The notes under the pieces are model-generated. The model was not told where the DNA came from. It did not search any database and was given only the letters and a program-made list of their open reading frames with translations. Shown piece after piece: positions 1 through 7,711 of a stretch of DNA of 64,000 bases. Source of the stretch: Candidatus Jorgensenbacteria bacterium (lineage in GTDB: Bacteria > Patescibacteriota > Minisyncoccia > UBA6257 > GWB1-50-10); NCBI GenBank assembly GCA_043807585.1, contig JAZDFV010000013.1, positions 2,039-66,038 of the forward strand. Direction: 5' to 3'. The translations under genes and the position numbers were made by a program. The first letter of the stretch is position 1. Each line of letters starts with the position of its first letter.

Positions 1-24
1 TGTCAAAATCGTTCATAATTATTT

Positions 25-1059
25 ATGAGAATTTATAGAGATATTTTTGAGCAGATCATATCGCCCGAAAATCTTTTCTCGGCGTGGGACGAGTTCAGAA
101 AAGGGAAGCAAAACAAACCTGACGTACTCCGGTTTGAATGGAATCTTGAGCAGAATATTTTTCAACTCCATCGGGAGCTGGAAAACAAAACGTATCGCCA
201 CGATTCCTACAAGAGTTTCTATATACATGACCCGAAACAGCGGCATATTCACAAGGCCTCGGTGCGGGACCGGGTTCTCCATCACGCTATTTTTTCCGTT
301 ATAAGTCCGATTTTTGAAGAAACGTTCATACCGACCTCGTTTTCGTGCCGCGTCGGATACGGCACCCACAAAGGCGTTGATGCTTTGAGAAAAATGGCGA
401 GGGAAACAAGTAAAAACGGGATGTGTCCCTGTTTCATTTTGAAATGCGACGTCAGGAAGTTCTTTGACTCCGTAAATCACGAAATTCTGCTTTCCATTTT
501 GAAAAAAAGGATCAAAGATGATGATGCAATGTGGCTTTTGGAATCCGTGGTGAGAAGTTATGAGAGCGTGCCGGGGAAGGGAATCCCGATAGGAAATCTG
601 ACTTCGCAGATTTTCGCCAATATCTACATGAACGAATTTGACCGATTTATGAAACATAGGTTGAGGGTGGGTCATTACATTCGTTACACCGACGATTTCT
701 CCTTGGTTTCCCAAAATTGCGAAGCATTAAAAAAACTTCTGCCGCTCATTTCTGCATTCCTTGAAAATGAACTTACGCTCTTGCTACATCCTAATAAAAT
801 CATAGTTCGTAAATTATGTCAAGGTGTAGATTTTCTCGGCTACGTTATTTTTCTGAAGTACCTGCGGTTGCGGACAAAAACAAAGCGGAGGATGTTTGCA
901 AAGATGCAGAGGCGAATTTCGGAATACCAGTCCGGCCATATCGGCAGGCCTGTTTTGGAGCAATCCCTGCAATCGTATTTAGGCGTTTTGTCTCACGCGA
1001 ACGCATACGCGCTTGGCGAGGATTTGAAGAATCAACTCATATTCCGTGGTAGAATATGA
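25..1059 (+). CDS. Diversity-generating retroelement (DGR)-type reverse transcriptase, apparently full length
   Basis: 344-aa ORF with RT motifs 1-7. DGR hallmarks: N-terminal block 'FYIHDPKQRHIHKASVRDRVLHHAI', motif 4 'GIPIGNLTSQIFANIYMNEFD' (SQ signature instead of group II intron QGxxxSP), catalytic 'YTDD'. No maturase or endonuclease domain. Visibly AT-richer than neighbours. Stop overlaps the mreC start. Confidence 0.8.
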   Translation: MRIYRDIFEQIISPENLFSAWDEFRKGKQNKPDVLRFEWNLEQNIFQLHRELENKTYRHDSYKSFYIHDPKQRHIHKASVRDRVLHHAIFSVISPIFEETFIPTSFSCRVGYGTHKGVDALRKMARETSKNGMCPCFILKCDVRKFFDSVNHEILLSILKKRIKDDDAMWLLESVVRSYESVPGKGIPIGNLTSQIFANIYMNEFDRFMKHRLRVGHYIRYTDDFSLVSQNCEALKKLLPLISAFLENELTLLLHPNKIIVRKLCQGVDFLGYVIFLKYLRLRTKTKRRMFAKMQRRISEYQSGHIGRPVLEQSLQSYLGVLSHANAYALGEDLKNQLIFRGRI

Positions 1060-1772
1060 GACGAACGATAGACATGAGATCCCTCAGGGCAATCCTCGGC
1101 ATCGGCGCGGGCGTGCTCGTCATTGTTTTCCTCGTGGTGTTTCGTATCGAAATCACGAGTGCGCTCGGCCGTTTCCGCGCCGCACTCTCCGCGGCGGCGG
1201 ATCCGGCGTTTTCCTATCAAGCATTCCAAGGCCTGGAGCGGGAAAATGAAGAACTCAAAGCGCGTCTTGTAGAGCGTGCCCTGCCCGGGGACAACCCTCA
1301 CTCTCTTACCTCCCTCACAGCGCGGGTGTATTCGCGCTACCCGGTGGGAAGCGGGGGGCGTCTCACGGTGAATGCGGGGAGCGAGGATGGCATCCGTGAG
1401 GGAATGCCGGTGTTGCTTTCCCCCGGAACGCTCCTCGGGAAAGTGGTGGGGGTGCGCCGCACCCAGAGCGAGGTGCTGACCATCTGGAGCCCTGATTGGA
1501 AGAGCGCGGTTTCAGTCGCCTCGGGAGGGCCCAAGGCGCTCCTCCAAGGCGGGAGTGAGCCGCGCCTCGAGCTTGTGTCAAAGGATGCCCATCTCACGGA
1601 CGGCGCGGGCGCGGTGAACATCTCTCCCGAATTTCCCTTAGATCTCCTCGTAGGTACCGTGGGAGCGCCGCTCGCCGATTCCCCAAACAATCCCTGGTCT
1701 TCCTATCGGCTCGTCCCGCCCGTGGGAGAGGCCGAACTTGACTCGGTGCTCGTGGTCTTAAATTTCCCTTAA
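1056..1772 (+). CDS. mreC: Rod shape-determining protein MreC
   Basis: N-terminal TM segment, coiled-coil 'ENEELKARL', conserved 'GMPVL...GKVVGV' beta-barrel region. Positioned upstream of mreD and mrdA. Confidence 0.8.
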   Translation: MRRTIDMRSLRAILGIGAGVLVIVFLVVFRIEITSALGRFRAALSAAADPAFSYQAFQGLERENEELKARLVERALPGDNPHSLTSLTARVYSRYPVGSGGRLTVNAGSEDGIREGMPVLLSPGTLLGKVVGVRRTQSEVLTIWSPDWKSAVSVASGGPKALLQGGSEPRLELVSKDAHLTDGAGAVNISPEFPLDLLVGTVGAPLADSPNNPWSSYRLVPPVGEAELDSVLVVLNFP

Positions 1773-1776
1773 CGAG

Positions 1777-2241
1777 ATGCGATATGCCTCCGGCATGGTG
1801 TGGATTGTGGGGACGCTTGCCTTTCTTATGCTCCTGCAGTTCGGGCGCCTGTTCGCACTGTGGGGTATAGCACCCGATCTCCCGCTCGTGTTTTTCTTCG
1901 CGCTCGGGGTTTCCCGGGCGCCGTTTCCCGTCTTCGGCGCGGCGCTCGTAGGTTTTATCGCACTCTCGTTCCTCTGGGCGCCTTTTTGGATCGTGCAGGC
2001 GGCGGCGGTGGGGGTGGTGGCCGTTCTGGGGTACGTCGCCGTCCGCCATCTTACGGGCAACCGCTGGGTTGATATGGCGCTCCTCGCGGGTGCGGGTACG
2101 CTGGTGTACGCGCTCGGAGGATACGTTCTGGGGTTTGCACCGCTCTCGTGGGGCGTCCTCGGCGAAGCGGTATATAATACTCTGGCTGGATTTCTCGCGC
2201 TCGCACTTTTGCCGCGGCGCGGGATATTCTCTTCGGCATGA
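1777..2241 (+). CDS. mreD: Putative MreD-like membrane protein
   Basis: 154-aa polytopic hydrophobic protein between mreC and mrdA. Call is by position and hydrophobicity only. Confidence 0.45.
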   Translation: MRYASGMVWIVGTLAFLMLLQFGRLFALWGIAPDLPLVFFFALGVSRAPFPVFGAALVGFIALSFLWAPFWIVQAAAVGVVAVLGYVAVRHLTGNRWVDMALLAGAGTLVYALGGYVLGFAPLSWGVLGEAVYNTLAGFLALALLPRRGIFSSA

Positions 2242-4148
2242 CAAAGCACGAACCGCCGCTGGGATTTGAGGAAATGCTCTCCGACGGGGCGCGGGAGGAG
2301 GATCTCATGGAAGTGCCGCTCGCCCCGCTCGCTTTCCGCGCGTTTTTCGGGCTCGTGCTTGCGTTCCTGTCTCTCACGCTCGTGCAGCTGGGATACCTTG
2401 GCATCGCTCGTCACGGTTTTTACTCTGCGCGCGCACACACGAACATGTCCGATGAAAAGGTGGTGCTCGCGCCCCGCGGCATCATCTATGACCGTCAGGG
2501 AGAATCGCTGGTCAAGAATCTCCCCTCGGTGAACGCATTCCTCACCCCGCGGTTCCTTCCGGGGGCGCCGGAGGAGCGCCTGCGGACGTTTGAAACCATC
2601 GCCGCCGCGCTCGGCATTGACCGCACTGCGCTCGCGGAGCAGCTTGCGGCGCGGGACTGGGGCGTGAGCGAACGCGTCCCACTAAAGGAGGACCTCTCCC
2701 ACGACGAGGTGGTAGAACTCTCTTCCCGTTCCATTCCCGGGCTCACGCTGGAGCCGGCTTTCAAGCGGGTGCACCGGACTCCCTATGCGTTTGCGCACCT
2801 GATCGGCTACACCGGCCTTGCGGACGAGAGGGATCTGAAAGATCGGGCGCAGCTCACGGTGGAGGATCAGGTGGGGCGGGCGGGGCTCGAGGCGTTCTAT
2901 GACGGCGACCTTCGCGGAACGGACGGGCGCGAGATAACGTACCGCGATGCGCTGGGAAACATTGAAGAAGGCCAGAAGCTTTCAGCACCGCGCCCCGGGT
3001 CGGATCTTCACACCTCAATTGATGGTGACCTCCAAGAGTTTTTCTACCAGCGCCTCGCCGAGGCCCTCCGCGACTTGGGGCGCACCGTGGGAGTGGGGAT
3101 CGCCATGGATCCGCGGAACGGGGAAATTCTTGCGTTAGTTGGTCTCCCTGCGTTTGATTCCACCCGCGTGGCGGAGGCATTGAACGCTCCCGGTGAACCG
3201 CTCTTCAACCGCGCCGTTGCCGGGCTGTACAATCCCGGTTCCACCATCAAACCGCTCGTGGCAACCGCGGCGCTCACGGAGGGGGTGATCGATCCCGAGA
3301 AACAGATCTTTTCAAAAGGATACATTGAGATTCCAAATCCATACCACCCGGAATTGCCCAGCCGTTTTGTGGACTGGAAGCCGAACGGGTGGGTGAACGT
3401 CGTGGACGCGCTCGCGAAATCCAGTAACATCTATTTCTACGAAGTGGGAGGGGGATTTGAGGGTCAGCAAGGTTTGGGAATCGAACGTCTTAAGCGGTGG
3501 TGGGAAAAGTTCAAGCTTGGGAGCGTGACTGGCATTGACCTTGTTGGGGAGGCGAAAGGATTCCTTCCGGACCCCGCCTGGAAGGAGCGGGAGACGGGGG
3601 AGCCGTGGCGCATCGGTGACACCTACAACGTGTCGATCGGCCAGGGAGACCTCCTCGTTACCCCCTTGGAACTCCTGAACTACGTTAGTGCCATTGCGAA
3701 CGGCGGGGTTCTTTACCAGCCGCGGGTAGTGCGCGCCATCGTTGACGAGCGCGGCACAGTGGTTGACGAGCGCGGCACAGTGGTTGAACACGGTGCGGTG
3801 ACGGAAGAGAGAGCCACCTCCACAATACTTGCCGATCTGCGTGGAGAGATCGGGAACTCGGTTCGCTACGTTCAGGAAGGGATGCGCGAGGTGGTGCGTG
3901 CTTCCTACGGCACCGCGCACTCCTTAGCCACGCTCCCGTTCCCGGTGGCGGCGAAGACCGGCACCGCCCAGATCGAGGAGAACACCAAAATGAACGCCTT
4001 CTTCGTGGGGTATGCCCCCGCTGACCGCCCGCGCCTCGCGCTCCTCATCCTCGTAGAAAATGCGGTGCAGGGAAGTTTGAACACGGTGCCGGTGGCACGG
4101 GACGTTTTGCTGTGGTACTATGAGAATCGGTTAAAGAATAAAATATGA
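2238..4148 (+). CDS. mrdA: Penicillin-binding protein 2 (peptidoglycan D,D-transpeptidase)
   Basis: N-terminal TM anchor; transpeptidase motifs SxxK 'GSTIKP', SxN 'KSSNIY', KTG 'KTGTAQ'. Operon context mreCD-mrdA. Confidence 0.85.
   Translation: MTKHEPPLGFEEMLSDGAREEDLMEVPLAPLAFRAFFGLVLAFLSLTLVQLGYLGIARHGFYSARAHTNMSDEKVVLAPRGIIYDRQGESLVKNLPSVNAFLTPRFLPGAPEERLRTFETIAAALGIDRTALAEQLAARDWGVSERVPLKEDLSHDEVVELSSRSIPGLTLEPAFKRVHRTPYAFAHLIGYTGLADERDLKDRAQLTVEDQVGRAGLEAFYDGDLRGTDGREITYRDALGNIEEGQKLSAPRPGSDLHTSIDGDLQEFFYQRLAEALRDLGRTVGVGIAMDPRNGEILALVGLPAFDSTRVAEALNAPGEPLFNRAVAGLYNPGSTIKPLVATAALTEGVIDPEKQIFSKGYIEIPNPYHPELPSRFVDWKPNGWVNVVDALAKSSNIYFYEVGGGFEGQQGLGIERLKRWWEKFKLGSVTGIDLVGEAKGFLPDPAWKERETGEPWRIGDTYNVSIGQGDLLVTPLELLNYVSAIANGGVLYQPRVVRAIVDERGTVVDERGTVVEHGAVTEERATSTILADLRGEIGNSVRYVQEGMREVVRASYGTAHSLATLPFPVAAKTGTAQIEENTKMNAFFVGYAPADRPRLALLILVENAVQGSLNTVPVARDVLLWYYENRLKNKI
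3741..3782 (+). repeat. Perfect 21-nt in-frame tandem duplication (2 copies plus a partial third) inside mrdA
   Basis: gttgacgagcgcggcacagtg x2 encodes 'VDERGTVVDERGTV'. Confidence 0.8.
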
Positions 4149-4259
4149 CCAGTCGCCTATGAAAGGACTTGAGTTTTGGTTTTGCTTTCTTAATAGTCGG
4201 CGCCCTGCTCTTTATTATTGGGCGGGTTCCACTTGCGGAGGCGGCAGTTCAGCAGTTAG
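4078..4259 (+). repeat. Repeat R1: native mrdA 3' end (last ~22 codons plus stop), spacer, and 5' ~110 nt of the downstream secreted-protein gene
   Basis: ~181/182 nt, ~95% identical to R2 at 7531-7711. Confidence 0.85.
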
Positions 4260-6475
4260 TTTTCGATACGCTTGATAGTATGGAGGCAGTTCATCCCGCG
4301 CAGGGTATAGGCACTGGTTTGTCCGGTAGTTTTGGTTCTCTCACCATAAAATTTTTGGGTACTCGAACCTATTGTTCGTATGCGCCGGTGATTTTGGGAT
4401 ATCCTTCCGAAGCTTCTTGGCTTGCCGGTTACAATAATTATGTGAGTTATCGCAAGGCCAATCTCGTGCTTCCTTGTGGCAGTAGTGTTGGTGAAGCTAC
4501 GCATACTATTTCTGCCGGTGATTTTCCGGGCGGCCCGGTGGTTTTCAATCCATCGCTTTATTACGTGGTACATCTAGAAGGAGGCACCAGCGGTACTATT
4601 TTTGGAAAGGTACGAGGGTCGGGGATTGATGTTCTTGCTGGCGGCCAGTTTTGTAGATATATGTCTTGGCAAGACCCCGCGCCTTCCGGCTGTTCGCTGA
4701 CTGTGAAGGATATGTATTTCGATCTTCAAGGGGTTTCCCCGGCGCCTCCGGCTGGCGGCATTTCGATAAGTAATTTAGGGCAATTCAAATCTGATGCGAC
4801 GAGCACGATTCCGGAGGGCAGTGCAACGACTGAGGATACGATTGTGTTTGGCGCAACGCTTCAGTCGTCATCTACAGATCAATTGCAGCTGCAGGTGGAA
4901 GTACAACCGTCGAGTATGCCTTTCACGAACCAGCCTACTTCGACGAGTACACTAGTAAACTCCGGGGAGTTTGCCACCACAGCGGCAAATCTTTCTGACG
5001 GCGAATACCATTGGCAGGCAAGAGCAGCGGATAGCCAAAACAACGTTTCAGAGTGGCAGGAGTTTGGAACGCCAAGCAATACTGATTTCGTAATTCACCA
5101 AGTGCCGTTGTATACGCAGGTGATATCTGATTTTCCATCGCAGGCAGATACCAAAAATTGGGCCCGTGAAACTTACGCCGAAGGCAGAGGAAATATTGGG
5201 CCCGAAGATCAACGTTGCGGTCTTACTATAAGAGATTGCGGTTGCGCTATCACATCCGCGGTTATGGTTTTGCGTTATTATGACATTACAACGGGTACAG
5301 ATAATCAAGACGTAAACCCGCTTACTTTCAATAACTGGCTTAATGCTAATAATGGTTACGTCGGCAATGGCAATCTTGATTGGGTGAAGGTCGTGGAGTA
5401 CTCCAGAGATTCTCTTTCCGGCATTGCCCGTTTGCATTACGACGGAAGGCGTGACATCGGAGACAATTTCGGAACAACGTTTAACGATCTTGTTAACCTG
5501 ACGGATTCTTATGTAAATTCAGCGAGACCGGTTATTGCTTGGATTCCAAGCTTTGGCCATTTCCTTGTTGCCAACGAAAAACTCGCAAATAATTACGCAG
5601 TTAGAGACCCCGCTTGGTACAACACGAGAACCCTCGATTCGGAGACAACAAGCGCATTGCAGAGAATCCGTGATTACAACAATCAGTTTGAAGGAGTGCG
5701 TCTATACAGTCATTTCAGTGGCCCCGTGGACGGCATCTCTTTGAATCTTGCCTCGCCCGCGGAACTTCTCGTAATAGACCCGCAGGGGAGGCGATTAGGT
5801 AGAGACCCAATTTCCAATATTGTCTATAGCGAAATTCTAAACAGCTCTTACGGCAGAGATGGCATCAGTAATGCCGACACCGAAGTTCCCGACTCGCCGC
5901 ACATAGTCAAAAACATCTGGGTTCCAGAACCGATAACCGGCTCTTACGAAGTTAAAGTTATAGGCACCGCGAGTGGCACGTATTCATTGAACAGCTTGAT
6001 TTACGACGCAAGTAGCACGCCCCATTTAGCGACATTTAGTGGCATTACAGCCCCAAATAGCGAAACTGATTATACTTTAAATTATTCCACCAGTACGCCT
6101 CAAGAGATTTCAGTAAAAGAAGTTTATAAATTTCTTGGTTTTCTTCCTCCGGTTAAATCCGACGGAAGCGGAGTTTGCAGACTTGGCCGGACTTTGCCGG
6201 TAAAGTTCCAGCTGAAAAACGCCCTCGGCCAATTTGTAACGAATACAACGGCAACGCTTACGGTAGCAAAAATACAGGATGGCATTGTCGGAACTGAAGA
6301 AGTAGCATTTTCAAGCGGGAATTCCAATGCAGGAAATACTTTCAGATACGATTTCCAAAACGATCAATATATCTTTAATCTGAACACAGGCACAATGACC
6401 GCGGGTACTTGGCAACTCAAGCTAAAACTGGATGACGGTAAGAGTTATACGGTTTTGATCTCATTGAGAAATTAG
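4169..6475 (+). CDS. Secreted multidomain protein with papain-fold (peptidase C39-like) Cys/His/Asp domain and beta-sandwich modules (cassette gene A1)
   Basis: Signal-peptide-like N-terminus 'LIVGALLFIIGRVPLAEA' shared with 7612..9765. Shared middle domain 'VKDMYFDLQGVSPAPP...HWQARA.DSQNNVSEWQEFGTP'. 'RDCGCAITSAVMVLRYY...GHFLVANE...VRDPAWYN' suggests a C39-like cysteine peptidase. C-terminal 'KSYTVLISLRN' is shared with orphan module 11436..11639. Starts at a TTG because a 1-nt insertion relative to copy 2 breaks the ATG frame. Confidence 0.55.
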   Translation: MSFGFAFLIVGALLFIIGRVPLAEAAVQQLVFDTLDSMEAVHPAQGIGTGLSGSFGSLTIKFLGTRTYCSYAPVILGYPSEASWLAGYNNYVSYRKANLVLPCGSSVGEATHTISAGDFPGGPVVFNPSLYYVVHLEGGTSGTIFGKVRGSGIDVLAGGQFCRYMSWQDPAPSGCSLTVKDMYFDLQGVSPAPPAGGISISNLGQFKSDATSTIPEGSATTEDTIVFGATLQSSSTDQLQLQVEVQPSSMPFTNQPTSTSTLVNSGEFATTAANLSDGEYHWQARAADSQNNVSEWQEFGTPSNTDFVIHQVPLYTQVISDFPSQADTKNWARETYAEGRGNIGPEDQRCGLTIRDCGCAITSAVMVLRYYDITTGTDNQDVNPLTFNNWLNANNGYVGNGNLDWVKVVEYSRDSLSGIARLHYDGRRDIGDNFGTTFNDLVNLTDSYVNSARPVIAWIPSFGHFLVANEKLANNYAVRDPAWYNTRTLDSETTSALQRIRDYNNQFEGVRLYSHFSGPVDGISLNLASPAELLVIDPQGRRLGRDPISNIVYSEILNSSYGRDGISNADTEVPDSPHIVKNIWVPEPITGSYEVKVIGTASGTYSLNSLIYDASSTPHLATFSGITAPNSETDYTLNYSTSTPQEISVKEVYKFLGFLPPVKSDGSGVCRLGRTLPVKFQLKNALGQFVTNTTATLTVAKIQDGIVGTEEVAFSSGNSNAGNTFRYDFQNDQYIFNLNTGTMTAGTWQLKLKLDDGKSYTVLISLRN

Positions 6476-6477
6476 AA

Positions 6478-7521
6478 ATGATGCCCCTTTTCCAAAAGAA
6501 GTTTTTTTTTCTTCTTATATTACTTATTGTTGCAAGCGGTTTATTCCTTTTCTACATCTACTATTCAAAACCGCAACCTCCCGCCGTCACTTCTCAACCT
6601 CCTGTAAATGCAACCACCAGCCAGCAAGTCGCAGAAATGAGGGTTGGTCCATGTCTTGCTGATGATGAATATGCTGAGTATAGAGCCGAGAAAAGAGAAG
6701 GCGTTCCTAGTGTTGCTGCGATATTAGTAAAAGAGAAAGATTCTAATAATGAAGTTTTTGAATTTGGTATTGAGAATGTGAAAGTGGGCCACTATCATGC
6801 TTACGAAATTCATAAGTGTAATGTTTATATTGTGAGGGAATTTAATTATGATTATCGAAAAGGGAAAGCCTTACCAAATTACAAAATAGAAATATGGCAA
6901 TATCAGTATGACGGTAAGGGAAAGGAATTAGTAGAAATCGATGATTTTCGGGTTGACTCTGTAGAACGTTATATTGCTTTCCTTAAGGGCTATCTCGGCT
7001 CTTCTGATTACGCGATTGTGATTAAAGACCTCAAAACCCTAAATGACGTTTTTACCTTGCCAATGTCAGAGATTGAAAAACGAAATCTGGAAATCGTGGG
7101 CGATATGCAGTTTGAGAATTGGTCTAGCGATGGACGTTATCTTTGGGCTAATACTGCTTATGGCGCCAACACGCTTGGTTTCATTCGCATTGATACCAAA
7201 GATCGGAGCGTAAAACTTTTGCCTGCGCCAAAGGATGTTTTGGGCGGCGACGCCCTCAATCTTGAGAAGGGGTTAATCACCGTTCATCCGGGGAATGTTT
7301 GGTTCGGCGTCTCGGAGCTTGATGAACAGGAAAAAGCGAAGCGCCGCGCTCAAGGAATCGGCACCGAGCTTTATATATACAATCTCTTTACCGGAAAGCA
7401 GCTCTTCGTAGCAAGCACCACCGAACCTCTTTATTATTTCAAACCCAAGTGGCCCTCTGACACCGAACTGGAGTATTATTTTCCTTCGGGAGAGCGGGAG
7501 GTTTATAGGGTCGTAGAGTGA
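6478..7521 (+). CDS. Membrane-anchored hypothetical protein (cassette family B, copy 1)
   Basis: N-terminal TM anchor. Homologous to 11650..12735 through 'GPCLADDE', 'YAIVIKDL', 'GANTLGFIRID', 'LGGDALNLEKGLITVHPGNVWFG', 'QEKAKRRAQ'. Confidence 0.5.
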   Translation: MMPLFQKKFFFLLILLIVASGLFLFYIYYSKPQPPAVTSQPPVNATTSQQVAEMRVGPCLADDEYAEYRAEKREGVPSVAAILVKEKDSNNEVFEFGIENVKVGHYHAYEIHKCNVYIVREFNYDYRKGKALPNYKIEIWQYQYDGKGKELVEIDDFRVDSVERYIAFLKGYLGSSDYAIVIKDLKTLNDVFTLPMSEIEKRNLEIVGDMQFENWSSDGRYLWANTAYGANTLGFIRIDTKDRSVKLLPAPKDVLGGDALNLEKGLITVHPGNVWFGVSELDEQEKAKRRAQGIGTELYIYNLFTGKQLFVASTTEPLYYFKPKWPSDTELEYYFPSGEREVYRVVE

Positions 7522-7530
7522 ACCAGAGCC

Positions 7531-7711
7531 TGAACACGGTGCCGGTGGCGCGGGACGTGTTTCTGTGGTACTATGAGAATCGGTTAAAGAATAAAATGTG
7601 ACCAGTCGCCTATGAAAGGACTTGAGTTTTGGTTTTGCTTTCTTATAGTCGGCGCCCTGCTCTTTATTATTGGGCGGGTTCCACTTGCGGAGGCGGCAGT
7701 TCAGCAGTTAG
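7531..7711 (+). repeat. Repeat R2: displaced copy of the mrdA 3' end (with its own stop codon) plus start of cassette gene A2
   Basis: Encodes '...LNTVPVARDVFLWYYENRLKNKM*' versus native '...LNTVPVARDVLLWYYENRLKNKI*'. Confidence 0.85.

Noticed and set aside
19-714. 231-aa minus-strand ORF
   Set aside because: Antisense to the DGR reverse transcriptase, whose motifs are all in the plus frame.
5330-5390. Asn-codon-rich stretch (NNWLNANNGYVGNGN) considered as a DGR template or variable repeat
   Set aside because: Lies inside the C39-like peptidase domain of A1. No second copy with adenine-specific differences exists in the window.
4078-7711. R1/R2 181-nt repeats considered as a DGR TR/VR pair
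   Set aside because: Their differences include t/g swaps and a 1-nt indel, not adenine-specific substitutions. They are duplicates of the mrdA 3' end plus cassette start.
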